Below are positions 15,505 through 33,938 of a stretch of 64,000 bases of DNA, piece after piece. The DNA is from Eledone cirrhosa. Taxonomy: Eukaryota. The stretch spans positions 35,340,001 to 35,404,000 of the forward strand of contig OZ024752.1 of the NCBI GenBank assembly GCA_964016885.1. Reading direction: 5' to 3'. The translations under genes were made by a program, and so were the position numbers. The notes below the pieces were generated by a model. That model saw nothing but the letters and a program-made list of their open reading frames with translations, ran no database searches and was not told the DNA's origin. Every line of letters starts with the position of its first letter. Positions within the stretch are counted from its first letter, which is position 1.

Positions 15505-18500
15505 TAAGCATACACAGACACACATATATACACAGATATACACATATACACATAGACACAAATATATACACAGACGCAGATATATACACTGACACACATA
15601 TATACACAGATATACACATAGACACACATATATACACAGACACACATATATACACAGACACACATATATACACAGACATACATATATACACAGATATACA
15701 CGTATATACACATAGACACATATATATACACAGACACACATATATACACAGACACACATATATACACAGACACACATATATACACTGATACACATATATA
15801 CACAGACACACATATATACACAGATATACATATATATACAGACGCACATATATACACAGACACACATATATACACAGACACACATATATACACAGACGCA
15901 CATATATACACAGATATACACATATATACACTGACACATATATACTCATAGACACACATATATGCACAGACACACATATATACACAGACACACATATATA
16001 CACAGACGCAGATATATACACATATATACACATATATACACTGACACACATATATACACAGACACACATATATACACAGACACACATATATACACAGACA
16101 CACATATATACACTGACACACACATATACACAGACGCAGATATATACACAGATATACACATATATACACTGACACACATATATACACAGACACACATAGA
16201 TACACAGACACACATATATACACAGACGCACATATATACACTGACACACACATATACACATACACAGATATACACATATATACACTGACACACATATAGA
16301 CACAGACACACATATATACACAGACACACATATATACACAGACACACATATATACACTGACACACACATATACACAGACGCAGATATATACACAGATATA
16401 CACATATATACACTGACACACATATATACACAGACACACATATATACACAGACACACATATATACACAGACACACATATATACACAGATATACACATATA
16501 TACACAGACACACATATATACACAGATATACACATATATACACAGACACACATATATACACAGATATACACATATATACACAGACACACATATATATACA
16601 CTGACACACACATATATACACAGACACACATATATACACTGACACACATATATACACAGACACACATATATACACAGACACACATATATACACAGACACA
16701 CATATATACACAGATATACACATATACACATAGACACACATATATACACAGACACACATATATACACAGATATACATATATACACAGACACACATATATA
16801 CACAGACACACATATATACAGAGACACACATATATACACTGACACACATATATACACATATATACACATATACACATAGACACACATATATACACTGACA
16901 CACATATATACACATATATACACATATACACATAGACACACATATATACACAGACACACATATATACACAGATATACACATATATACATTGACACACATA
17001 TATATACACAGACACACATATATACACAGACACACATATATACACAGACACACATATATACACAGACACACATATATACACAGACACACATATATACACA
17101 GACACACATATATACACAGACACATATATACACAGACACACATATATACACTGACACACATATATACACAGACACACATATATACACTGACACACATATA
17201 TACACTGACACACATATATACACAGACACACATATATACACAGACACACATATATACACAGACACACATATACACACAGACACACATATATACACAGACA
17301 CACATATATACACAGACACACATATATACACAGACACACATATATACACAGATATACACATAGATACACAGACACACATATATACATAGATATACACATA
17401 TACACACACACATATATACACAGACACACATATATACACAGACACACATATATACACAGACACACATATATACACAGACACACATATATACACAGACACA
17501 CATATATACACAGACACACATATATACACAGACACACATATATACACTGACTCACAGATATACACAGATATACACATATACACAGATATACACATATACA
17601 CATAGACACACATATATACACAGACACACACATATACACAGACGCACATATATACACAGACACACATATATACACAGTCACACATATATACACAGACACA
17701 CATATATACACAGATATACACATATATACACAGACACACATATATACACAGACACACATATATACACAGACACACATATATACACAGACACACATATATA
17801 CACAGATATACACATATACACATAGACATAAATATATACACAGACACACATATATACACAGACACACATATATACACAGATATACACATATACACATAGA
17901 CACACATATATACACAGACACACATATATACACAGATATACACATATATACACAGACACACATATATACACAGACACGCATATATACACAGACACACATA
18001 TATACACAGACACACATATATACACAGACACACATATATACACAGACACACATATATACACAGACACACATATATACACAGATATACATATATACACAGA
18101 CACACATATATACACAGACACACATATATACACAGATATACACATATATACACAGACACACATATATACACAGACACACATATATACACAGACGCAGATA
18201 TATACACAGACGCAATATATACACAGATATACACATATATACACAGACGCACATATATACACAGACACACATATATACACAGACACACATATATACACTG
18301 ACACACATATATACACAGACACACATATATACACAGACACACATATATACACTGACACACATATATACACAGACACACATATATACACAGACACACATAT
18401 ATACACAGACACACATATATACACAGACACACATATATACACAGATATACACATATACACATAGACACACATATATACACAGATATACACAAATATACAC

Positions 18501-19760
18501 AGACACACATATATACACAGATATACACATATATACACAGACACACATATACACTGACACACATATATACACAGACACACATATATACACAGACACACAT
18601 ATATACACAGACACACATATATACACAGATATACACATATATACACATATATACACACACACATATATACACAGACACACATATATACACAGACACACAT
18701 ATGTACACAGATATACACATATATACACAGATATACACATAAATACACTGACACACATATATACACAGACGCACATATATACACAGACACACATATATAC
18801 GCAGATATACACATATATACACAGACACACATATATACACTGACACACATATATACACAGACACACATATATACACAGACGCACATATATACACAGACAC
18901 ACATATATACACTGACACACATATATACACAGACACATATATATACACAGACGCACATATATACACAGACACACATATATACACTGACACACATATATAC
19001 ACAGACACACATATATACACAGACGCACATATATACACAGACACACATATATACACATAGACACACATATATACACAGACACACATATATACACAAACGC
19101 AGATATATACACAGACACACATATATACACTGACACACATATATACACAGATATACACATATATACATAGACACACATATATACACAGATATACACATAT
19201 ATACATAGACACACATATATACACAGATATACACATATATACATAGACACACATATATACACAGACACACATATATACACATAGACACACATATATACAC
19301 AGACACACATATATACACAAACGCAGATATATACACTGACACACATATATACACTGACACACATATATACACAGATATACACATATATACATAGACACAC
19401 ATATATACACAGATATACACATATATACATAGACACACATATATACACAGATATACACATATATACATAGACACACATATATACACAGATATACACATAT
19501 ATACATAGACACACATATATACACAGACGCAGATATATACACAGACACACATAGATACACAGATATACACATATATACACAGACACACATATATACACAC
19601 ACGCACATATATACACATAGACACGCATATATACACAGATATACACATATATACACACACACATATATACACAGACACACACTGACATACATATATATAC
19701 ACATATACACATATACACATACACACGCAGACATACATATATACACAGACACAGATATAC
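15505..19760. repeat. 18-bp minisatellite (CATATATACACAGACACA)n with variants
   Basis: Direct periodicity; gives the spurious CIYVCL ORFs. Confidence 0.95.
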
Positions 19761-20786
19761 ACATACACACACTAACACACCTATACACATACACACACAC
19801 ACTAACACACGTATACACACACACTAATACACCTATACACACACACTAACACACCTATACACACACAGACACACACACACACTAACACACCTATACACAC
19901 GTAGACACACACACACACACTAATACACCTATACACATACACACTAACACACCTATACACACACAGACACACACACACACTAACACACCTATACACACAC
20001 ACTAACACACCTATACACACGCAGACACACACACACATTAATACACCTATACACACGCAGACACACACACACACTAACACACCTATACACACGCAGACAC
20101 ACACACACACTAATACACCTATACACACAGACACATACTCACACAGGCTCAGACATACACACAGACACATAGAAACACACACACAGACTAACAGACGTAT
20201 ACACACACACACTGACAAACGCACACACATACACACACAGACTAACACACCTATACACACACAGACACACTGACGAACGCACACACCACACACACCTATA
20301 TACACACACACTACACACAAACACACCTATACACACACAGACACACAATCACTACACACCTATACACACACACACACTGACAAAACGCACACACTACACA
20401 CACCTATACACACACCTATACACACAGACACACACACACACACACTACACACACACAGATGCACACACACACATACACGCACATACTAACACACACTAAC
20501 ACACCTACACACACACACACAACACACCGAACATATTTGTCTGCCTATGAATATACACACACACCTATACACACAGACACACACACACACTACACACACA
20601 CACACACAGACGCACACACACACACACACGCACATACACACACACACTAACACACCTATACACACACACACACACACAACACACCGAACATATTTGTCTG
20701 CCTATAAATATACACACACACAAACCTATACACACACACACACACATACACACACACACGCACATACACACACACACTAACACACC

Positions 20787-20825
<39 letters not shown>

Positions 20826-22415
20826 CACACCGAATATATTTGTCTGCCTATGAATATACACACACACACACACCTCTACACACATTACACACACACATTA
20901 CACACACACAGACACATACGCACACACACATATACACACACACGCACATACACCCACACACTAACACACCTACACACACACAACACACCGAACATATTTG
21001 TCTGCCTATGAATATACACATACGCACACCTCTACACACATTACACACACACATTACACACACAGACACACACACACGCATATACACACACACACACACA
21101 ATACACACACACACACACAACACACCGAACATATTTGTCTGCCTATGAATATACACACACACACACTATACACACACACACACACACACACTATACACAC
21201 ACACAACACACCGAACATATTTGTCTGCCTATGAATATACACACACACACACACACTATACACACACACACCGAACATATTTGTCTGCCTATGAATATAC
21301 ACACACACACATACTATACACACACACATGCACATTCACACACACACTAACACACCTATACACACACACACACACAACACACCGAACATATTTGTCTGCC
21401 TATGAATATACACACTACACACACCTATACACACAGAAACACACACACACACTACACACACTACACACACACACACACACAGACGCACACACACGCACAC
21501 ACACACGCACATACACACACACACTAACACACCTACACACACACAACACACCGAACATATGTATCTGCCTATGAATATACACACACACACACACCTCTAC
21601 ACACAGACACACACACATTACACACACACACACAGACGCACACACACACACACAAACACACACACATACACACACACACACACTAACACACCTATACACA
21701 CCTATACACACACACACACAACACACCGAACATATTTGTCTGCCTATGAATATACACACACACTATACACACACACAACACACCGAACATATTTGTCTGC
21801 CTATGAATATACACACACACTATACACACACACACAACACACCGAACATATTTGTCTGCCTATGAATATATACACACACACACATTATACACACACACAT
21901 ACAACACACCGAACATATTTGTCTGCCTATGAATATACACACACACTATACACACACAACACACCGAACATATTTGTCTGCCTATGAATATATACACACA
22001 CACACGCTATACACACACACAACACACCGAACATATTTGTCTGCCTATGAATATACACACTGCACACACCTATAAACACAGACACAGACACATACACACA
22101 CACACACACACACACACTACAGACACTACACACACACACACATACGCACACATACACACACATACACACACACACACACGCACATACACACACACTAACA
22201 CACCTACACACACACAACACACCGAACATATTTGTCTGCCTATGAATATACACACACACACACACCTCTACACACAGGCACACACACATTACACACACAC
22301 ACAGACGCACACACACACAGACACACACACGCACACACACACACACACTAACACACCTATACACACACACACACACACACAACACACCGAACATATTTGT
22401 CTGCCTATGAATATA
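19760..22415. repeat. CA-rich compound repeat; from 20521 about 17 copies of a conserved core of about 35 bp (CAACACACCGAACATATTTGTCTGCCTATGAATATA) between variable (CA)n spacers
   Basis: Core copies counted by eye from 20521 to 22413. Confidence 0.9.
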
Positions 22416-22742
22416 TCTTATTTTTCTTTCTTAATATCAAAGCTTTTCTTGTTTTCCCGCATGTGTAATAACTTGTTTAGAAGTGTGTTGATTTTGGATA
22501 TATACACAGCCCCATATATACACCTCGCCATACCACCACCCCATATATACACCTCCACACACACAGCCCCATATATACACCCCCACATACACCCACTCAT
22601 ACACCCACCCCACATGGCCTCCTGCACATGCATACACAACCTCACGAACACACACAGAGATGCGCGCGCACACATACATATTCACACGTTTGTGTGTGTA
22701 TATGTGTACATATGCGTATTTGTATATATATAAATATATATT

Positions 22743-22815
<73 letters not shown>

Positions 22816-22862
22816 CTATATATATATATCTATATATATCTATATATATATATCTATATATA

Positions 22863-23575
<713 letters not shown>

Positions 23576-23924
23576 ATATATATATATGTATATATATATA
23601 TTTCTATATATATATATATATATATATTTCTATATATATATATATATATTTCTATATATATATATATATTTCTATATATATATATATATTTCTATATATA
23701 TATGTATATTTGTATATATATATGTATATTTGTATATATATATATTTGTATATGTATATTTGTATATATATGTATATTTGTATATATATATATTTGTATA
23801 TATATATATTTGTATATATATATATATTTGTATATATATATATATATATTTCTATATATATATGTATATTTGTATATATATGTATATTTGTATATATATA
23901 TATTTGTATATATATATTTGTATA

Positions 23925-24335
<411 letters not shown>

Positions 24336-24360
24336 GTATATATATATATATGTATGTATG

Positions 24361-24464
<104 letters not shown>

Positions 24465-24493
24465 GTATATATATATATGTATATATATATATG

Positions 24494-24524
<31 letters not shown>

Positions 24525-24583
24525 GTGTATATATATATGTATATGTATATATATATATATGTATGTATATATATATATGTATG

Positions 24584-24639
<56 letters not shown>

Positions 24640-24771
24640 TGTATGTATATATATATATGTATGTATATATATATATGTATGTATATATATATATATGTAT
24701 GTATGTATATATATATGTATATATATGTATATATATATGTATGTATATATATATGTATATATATATGTATG

Positions 24772-24802
<31 letters not shown>

Positions 24803-24821
24803 ATATATATATATATGTATG

Positions 24822-24868
<47 letters not shown>

Positions 24869-24955
24869 GTATATATATATGTATATATATATATATGTAT
24901 ATATATATGTATATATAAATATATGTATATATGTATATATGTATATATATATATG

Positions 24956-25040
<85 letters not shown>

Positions 25041-25057
25041 GTATATATATATATGTA

Positions 25058-25203
25058 TAAAGAAAAAAAGATGACATCGAAAATGCTGGAGTCTTATTTT
25101 TTTAAAAATATATATATTCATTTGGTTCCTTTACCGGTTTCGCAGTTCTTCTGCTTTTCAAAAGTAGAGATGAGATGGAGGGTCTGTGGTTTTTCTCACA
25201 TCA
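25058..25203 (-). mobile_element. Fragment of the family at 34710-35140, with a U3/A8 variant hammerhead-like motif
   Basis: Near-identical to 34745-34893. Confidence 0.7.
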
Positions 25204-25225
25204 TATATATGTATATATATATATG

Positions 25226-25342
<117 letters not shown>

Positions 25343-25399
25343 GTATATATATATATGTATATATATATATGTATATATATATATGTATATATATATATG

Positions 25400-25449
<50 letters not shown>

Positions 25450-25515
25450 TGTATATATATGTATATATATATATGTATATATATATGTATATATATATAT
25501 GTATATATATATATG

Positions 25516-25657
<142 letters not shown>

Positions 25658-25664
25658 TATATAC

Positions 25665-27414
25665 CACACATTGATCAGGAGCAGCCTAAACTCCACCTAT
25701 AAAAAGGCTAACCACTCATGCATCGAGGACATAAATCGAGATGGACAACAAATTAGCTCCAGCCTCGGGGTCGCCGACCGCATGGAACCTCTAGACCCAC
25801 GGACGCCCTACTTCACACTGAAGGACCACAACTCCGATTTCGACCGTAAACCTTCTATCAGGCTTATAAACCCAACGATGTCCGACATAGGGAGAATCAG
25901 CAAAAAAATCCTAGACCGCGTTATACCAAAAGTTAAGCAACACGCCCGACTTAGCCTATGGGTCAACACCCAGGAAGTGATCTCATGGTTCAGCAATATG
26001 GAGGAAAAACGAGACACTAAATTCATCCAGTTTGACATAGAGAGTTACTATGCTTCAATCACCTTACCGCTACTTACGGCCGCCTTGGACTTCGCCGAAA
26101 CACTTGTGCCCATCACCGACCAGGAAAGAAACATCATCCTCCACGCCAGAAAGACAGTCTTACTCTTCGACAACTCCAAATGGATAAAGAGTGCTCCCGA
26201 CTCACCCTTCGACGTCAGCATGGGCGCGACGGATTCGGCTGAGGTCACAGATCTTATTGGATTATTCCTAATAGCCAAACTCACCGATTTGTTTCCTGCA
26301 TTCGGCGGTGGATTGTACCGTGATGATGGGCTCCTTACCCTTAAAGGGTACAACCCCAGTAGTACAGATCGGGTCCGTAAACAATTAATCAGCTTCTTCC
26401 GCGACTGGGGATTTAAAATAACCCTACAAACGTACCTGACCCGAGTTAACTTCCTGGACGTTACCCTTGACCTCGATAATGATCTGTACTACCCATACAG
26501 GAAACCTAACGACAACCTGCACTACATCCACCGCCGGTCAAACCATCCTAGGAACATCACCAATAAGCTGGTTAAAAACATCTCCCTCCGCATATCTCGT
26601 TTGTCAGCTAATGAGCAGATATTCGAGGAAACATGCGCCTTACTACAACCAGGCCCTCAAGCGGAGTGGTTTTCCGGGAGGAAATATCCTACTGTCCAGC
26701 TTCCATTAGCGGAACCAGCAGGCGACACCGCCGCTCACGCAACGTAACATGGTTCAATCCTCCCCACAACGCCGTGGTGACAACTCCTATCGGGAAAATC
26801 TTCTTTAGGCTCATTGGAAAAACACTTCCCACTACAACACCGCTACCACAATATAATTAACAAAAATACCATCAAACTCTCCTACAGCACCACACCAAAC
26901 TTTGCACAAAACATCGTCTCCTCTAACAACAAAAAACTCAACCCCTATGGAAGAAATAACCTAAATAGCAGTGGAGAGCCGACCAGGAGGTGCAACTGTC
27001 CTGATGGATCCATTTTCCCCCTCGACAACAGATGCAGAGATCGTAATGTGATCTACCAGTGCAATGTGAGGACGGACACCTCCAACAAAGCCTATATAGG
27101 ATTAACCGCATGTGACTTCAAGACCCGGCTATACCAACACAGACATACCTTCCGAAACCCGGCCCGGCGTCACGCCACTACACTTTCGGGCCACATATGG
27201 GACCTCAAGGATAACAATATTACCTATGATCTCACTTGGAGCTTACTGACCAGAGCCAACTCTTACACGGGAGGACGCCGTCCGTGCAATTTATGCTAGG
27301 AGGAAACTTTACAAATGCTGTTTTCGACGGACCAACTCCTAAACAAGAAAGATGAACTGGTAACTGCATGTAAACACCGATTGCGTAGGACTTACCTCAC
27401 CCTCAAACCCCATA
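25665..27414 (+). pseudogene. Penelope-like RT + GIY-YIG endonuclease ORF, disrupted
   Basis: Motifs [65 protein letters not shown] and CKH. Frameshifts near 26630 and 26815; in-frame TAG at 27297. Confidence 0.9.
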
Positions 27415-28336
27415 ATTACCCGGGGGGGGGGGGGTAGATTAGGGCTATAACACCCCACTTGCCGAGTTTGTAATGGGTAACCCCTGCTTGCAAAGGTAGA
27501 CCTAAGATCTTCTTCTATATCTTTCTATCACTTCCTCTATATTTTCCTTCTCCCCCCCCCCATCCCTCCCTAGTCCTTCCACCCCAGTCCTCTTTCTTTG
27601 TCGATTCTGAATTAATTTTCCGTATCAAATTTTACATATACTTCGTACGAGCATTTATGTAGTTTGCACTAGAATTTTTGTATCATGGCGGCACCCTTAG
27701 AGATAGTATTAGTATTCTTTTTTGGGATTCTGAATTATTATTTCGTATTAGTTTATTTTTTTTGCACTGGGTGGTTGCTGGCCTTGTGCTTGGGGTAGAA
27801 ACTTTTATTTCGTACTGGTCTCGGGACTCTGATTTATTATTTCGTGGTAGTTTCTTTAGTATTTTGGCCCCCCACTTGTTGACCCGTCACCGTAAGATAT
27901 ATTCGGTTGTTTACTCATACCTCTTAAAAGGGTCTCATTATAATTCCGTCCCACCTAGTAAACCTTTCTTTAGTCTAGCAGTACCAGTGAGAGACTTGAT
28001 AGCTGTCCCTAGGTTATAGTAACCAGAAATTGTTTTTTTCTTTACATTTAATTGTTTTTTAACACTCCCGGTATTTTTCTATATATTTACCCCATATTGT
28101 TTTACTTATTGTTTCGACTTCCTTCCCCTCCCCCCTAGTATCTTCTTTGACCTCCTGCCAGCCGTAGTTGGCACTATCAACGCACGACTGGGTTTCCTCC
28201 ACCCCCTCTCCCTCATTCTTCTACTGGCAGGTTCAGCTACCCCTTCCCTCCACAAATTGCCATGATAGAATTATTGTCTCAACAACAAACTTTTGACCAA
28301 TCCTTGTGACAATCACTTTTACCATATATGGAATTA

Positions 28337-28430
28337 CCCCCTGAGAAGCTCGGCAATTCAAATACCGGGATAAAAATTTTCATTTAGTCCAGAATTAGCC
28401 GTCGAAACGGCTTGAGATCAGCCGTCGGGG
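28337..28430 (+). ncRNA. Type I hammerhead-like motif with an atypical core (CTGAGAA) at the PLE 3' end
   Basis: cccc-CTGAGAA..gtc-GAAA-cggct..agccg-TC-gggg; GUC triplet, helices I and III pair. Confidence 0.65.
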
Positions 28431-28441
28431 TCCTACTCGTT

Positions 28442-28550
<109 letters not shown>

Positions 28551-28551
28551 C

Positions 28552-28582
<31 letters not shown>

Positions 28583-28730
28583 TATGCATATATATATATG
28601 TATATATATATGTATATATATATATATGCATATATATATATGTATATATATATATATGTATATATATATATGTATATATATATATGTATATATATATATG
28701 TATATATATATATGTATATATATATATGTA

Positions 28731-28819
<89 letters not shown>

Positions 28820-28833
28820 CATATATATGTATG

Positions 28834-28914
<81 letters not shown>

Positions 28915-29022
28915 GATATATATACATATATATGTATGTATATATATATACATATATATGTATGTATATATATATATATGTATATATAGTAATAATAATA
29001 AAATTACAATTTAAATTAACTT

Positions 29023-29097
<75 letters not shown>

Positions 29098-29154
29098 ATA
29101 TATATATATGTATGTATATATATATATATGTATGTATATATATATATATGTATG

Positions 29155-29246
<92 letters not shown>

Positions 29247-29320
29247 CATATATGTATGTATATATATATATATGTATGTATATATATATATATATGTATG
29301 TATATATATATATATGTATG

Positions 29321-29351
<31 letters not shown>

Positions 29352-29356
29352 GTATG

Positions 29357-29391
<35 letters not shown>

Positions 29392-29400
29392 GTATATATA

Positions 29401-29550
29401 TAGGAACAAGTAGGACCCCGACGGCTGAGCTCAAGCTGTTTCGACGGCTAATTCTGGACTAAAATGTTCCTATTACCCACTCTACCACCCTAAGGATTGA
29501 GTACTTTGGTGTATTATGGTCCACTTGGTTGCTTACCACATTTCCTTCGT
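29401..29550. mobile_element. Inverted 3'-end derivative of the PLE at 25663-28443 (hammerhead 3' half on minus, tail on plus)
   Basis: 29401-29462 is the reverse complement of about 28384-28445. The tail also occurs on the minus strand at 11935-12020 and 50102-50175. Confidence 0.8.
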
Positions 29551-29597
29551 CTCTCTCTCTCTCTCTATATATATATGTATATACACATATATATATG

Positions 29598-29630
<33 letters not shown>

Positions 29631-29677
29631 GTATGTATATATATATATGTATATATATATGTATATATATATATATG

Positions 29678-29709
<32 letters not shown>

Positions 29710-29797
29710 ATATATATGTATATATATATATGTGTATATATATATATGTGTATATATATGTATATATATATATATGTACATACATATATATATGTAT

Positions 29798-29829
<32 letters not shown>

Positions 29830-29860
29830 GTATATGTATATTTTTATATACATACATATG

Positions 29861-29892
<32 letters not shown>

Positions 29893-29902
29893 CCTCTATA
29901 TG

Positions 29903-29980
<78 letters not shown>

Positions 29981-29985
29981 TACAT

Positions 29986-30126
<141 letters not shown>

Positions 30127-30149
30127 AATACATATATATATATATATAT

Positions 30150-30209
<60 letters not shown>

Positions 30210-30226
30210 TATGTACATACATATAC

Positions 30227-30273
<47 letters not shown>

Positions 30274-30277
30274 TATG

Positions 30278-30310
<33 letters not shown>

Positions 30311-30329
30311 ATAAATATAAATATATATA

Positions 30330-30942
30330 TGTCAGGTCACCAGTTGGTGCTACTGGTAATATGTATCCCAGTACAACCTGTCTCATGGTCGGGTCGTTGG
30401 CGACTAAACTGGCAACCCCACCAAGGTTTCTTGGTGAGGAGGGTGACTTTGGACATCCTGCAGGACTAAAAACAAAGCCTGTCAAAGGGCAATGGTGCTC
30501 TTAAGAGTCAATGGCCATTCAAAATCACCGGGAGAGATGACCCCTTAGCCTTTGTCAAGGCAGAATTCTAGGAGAAGGAAAACTCTGATATAACACCTGC
30601 AACCCTGATGGTATCCAATGATGTTGATGTGTTCTTCTTTTTGGTAAATATCATCTTGGTCAAGAGAGTGGGACTGGTTTTGTGCAGTGTCTTTGCTCAC
30701 TATAAAAGCTTCACGACACAGGCATTGCTTTATATCTGGAGATCTCTCTGCACTTGTCATCACATGGTACCATAGGCCCAGCACTATGTGTCAATAATTG
30801 TCACAAGTGTAGTGTTTGTACCAGAGTTTTCAAGTCGCTGGCTAGACTAAAAAGTCACACTCGTTCAGCTCATCGGTAGGGGTTCTCCTACATGGATATA
30901 AAGTAGTGGCCAATACTCGAAAACGAGTTGGCAGCCACCATG
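30330..30942. mobile_element. Unclassified dispersed repeat of about 610 bp next to (TATG)n; second copy at 44897-45510
   Basis: Two highly similar copies with the same ends (tgtcaggtcacc...gcagccaccatg). Confidence 0.75.
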
Positions 30943-31004
30943 TATATATATATGTATGTATATATGTATGTATATATATATGTATGTATATATATATATG
31001 TATG

Positions 31005-31058
<54 letters not shown>

Positions 31059-31088
31059 AACAAAAGATGGTTAAAAGAGTTCCATGTA

Positions 31089-31155
31089 TTTTATTATGCG
31101 CATTTCAAAAACAAATATCATCATGCAATAATATTTGTGTTTTCATCAGATAAAA
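31089..31155 (-). ncRNA. Minimal type I hammerhead ribozyme in the PLE family A 3' UTR
   Basis: Reverse complement of ttttat-CTGATGA..GAAA-tgcgca-TA-ataaaa. Confidence 0.85.
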
Positions 31156-31834
31156 CAGGAAGACATGATATGAAGATTAAAAAACACTTGTGGACACAGT
31201 TTTAAATCAACATATGAGAAGTAGTTTTAGATTGATGTGTGATATTGGGAAAAATATTTTATTTAGAAAGGGGGGAGGGGGTGTGGAAAGGATGAAAAAA
31301 AGAGGAGGAGATGAGAGTAAAAGGTGGAGAGGGAGGAGTATAATGAGGAAGGATGAGATAGGAGGAGAGATGGGTGATAGAGAGAGAGAGATAGCTTTTA
31401 TAACTGAGAAAGATATATTGTTTTACATAGAGAGGTTGAAAACCGTTGGAAGATAATGTATAAATTAAAAGAATTTGAAAATTAACGAAGAGAAAAATAA
31501 TGTAAAGTTAAGGTTTGTATATTGAGGGGTTTGATAATATGTGCGAAGAAAAAGAAAGAGTTAATATGTATTGAGAATAATGAGTTAGATGAAGGGGAGA
31601 AAAGAATAATGAATTGAGGATGAATAATCTAACGTCAAAAAATGTATATGTTTACGAAGGATTTTTACAAGGTGATATAGAGTAAGAATGTATTGTATTA
31701 TGTAATAATTGATTCTATGTTAGGCAAGAGTGAGAAAAGGTACAGATTAGGGGTTAGACATGGGTATATTTTAAAAGAAGTGTATATATATGTGCCTTTG
31801 AGAAAAAGATTCTAAATTGATAAAGAATTGAATA

Positions 31835-33314
31835 TTAGCTGTATACTTTGTGAAATGTTTTATGGAATTTATGCAAGCAGATAGAAAACAAGTCAGTGCG
31901 TCTATTTATTATAGAATCTAGATTAGAGATAATGGTAAATTTTTCATTTAGACAGAGATTGCAAATTTTGGATAGAGAACTGTTCAAGTATGGAGACGCA
32001 GAAGAAACCTTCTTCCAAAAGATGCTATATTTAATATTTTTGTCTTTCAAGGACCATATGAGTTCTGAGAGAGCCGTGTTAGTTCTTTTAAGTTTGTATT
32101 TAAAAGACGAATGATGGTTATAAAGACGAGCTTTAAAAGAGGTGGAAGTGGAGCCAAAATAGGTGAAGGAATTGGTGTCAGTTATAACTTTACATTCGTA
32201 AATTAAGTTTTTATCAAGACAATGGTTGTTGAGAGGACATTTATTTTTAATAGGGCAATTGCAATTGCAATTAGAGAGATTATTAATGAGTGACCTAGTG
32301 TTATCTATAGAAAGAATTGGATTGGAGAAGTTATTTGCGATAGGAATAATAGTTTCTTGATTTAGAATGGGATTAAGAACATTTAGCGAAGTTGTGTTTG
32401 ACGTTGTATTTGGGTTTGTAGAAATTAGCCTAGGGTTTACAATGGACGTCGGGAGTACTATTATTATGATATTCAGTGTTGGAAGGAAGAGATTTAGTAT
32501 TTAGTATTTTATTGTTGTGTTTAGAGATAATGTTGGAAATGTTGGAGGATGTAGAATAGGAAAATTTTATAGTGTGTTTGTTAAATATTTTACTATAGAT
32601 ATGTGAGGGAGGGAAGCATTTATTTAAGGCACTAAAGAATAATTTAGGAATATTGTTATTGATAGAGATGGAGAAAGGAGCATTATACCAGATTATGTTT
32701 TTGTATCTAGGTCTTTTATTAAAGTTATTGGAATGATCAAGATTAATTTTTCTACTGTAATTTCTTCTAGAATTTGTTTCTTTACTATATTTGATTTTAT
32801 CAGGATAGCCGGCTTTAGAAAGCGCGTTATTATAGTAATTGGCGTTAGCATCAAAGATGTTTTTATTAGAAGATAGGTTAGATATTCTTTTTCCAATATT
32901 ACTAACTATAGCATTCTTGATATTAGTAGGATGGTTAGATTTAAAGTTAACATAATTTAGGTTCTCATTGTTTTTATGGTAAGGGTAATATAGGCCAGTG
33001 TCAAGATTAAGAGATACATCCAAGAAATTAGCTAGTTTGGTGCTGTTATCAAATTCAATTTTTAGGTTATGTTGGTTAAAGAGATTACGTATATTGTTCT
33101 TAATAATATTAAGGTTAACTATGTTGCAATTTAAGATAGTAAAGAGTCCATCGTCACGATAAATTCCACCGCGAAGTTGAGGAATTTTCCAACTCAAAGA
33201 GTTCAAAATAAAGATACCAATTAAATCAGTCAATTGGGATGAATCGGATGCTCCCATTGTGATGTCGAAGTAGTTAGAGGTATCGGCTCTGGTCCAATAT
33301 TCGTTGTTGAACTC
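31835..33314 (-). pseudogene. Penelope-like RT + GIY-YIG ORF remnant (frameshift near 32445)
   Basis: Motifs FDITMGASDS, GGIYRDDG, FLDVSL, WYNAP, CNC..CPL, LIYEC..TYFG, CNLCLNEK and CLH. Confidence 0.9.
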
Positions 33315-33316
33315 TA

Positions 33317-33710
<394 letters not shown>

Positions 33711-33895
33711 TTATATATATATATATATATTTTTTTTTTATATATATATATTTTTTTTATATATATATATATATTTGTAAATATATATATATATATTTGT
33801 AAATATATATATATATATATATATTTGTATATATATATATATATTTGTAAATATATATATATATATTTGTAAATATATATATATATATATATATT

Positions 33896-33938
<43 letters not shown>

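Larger units (their letters stand above)
31060..33314 (-). mobile_element. Penelope-like retrotransposon family A, 5'-truncated
   Basis: RT C-terminal half plus GIY-YIG, a 3' UTR with a hammerhead at 31089-31155, and (TA)n flanks. Confidence 0.92.

Noticed and set aside
20521-22413. CRISPR array
   Set aside because: Spacers are low-complexity, mutually related and highly variable in length; eukaryotic context and no cas genes.
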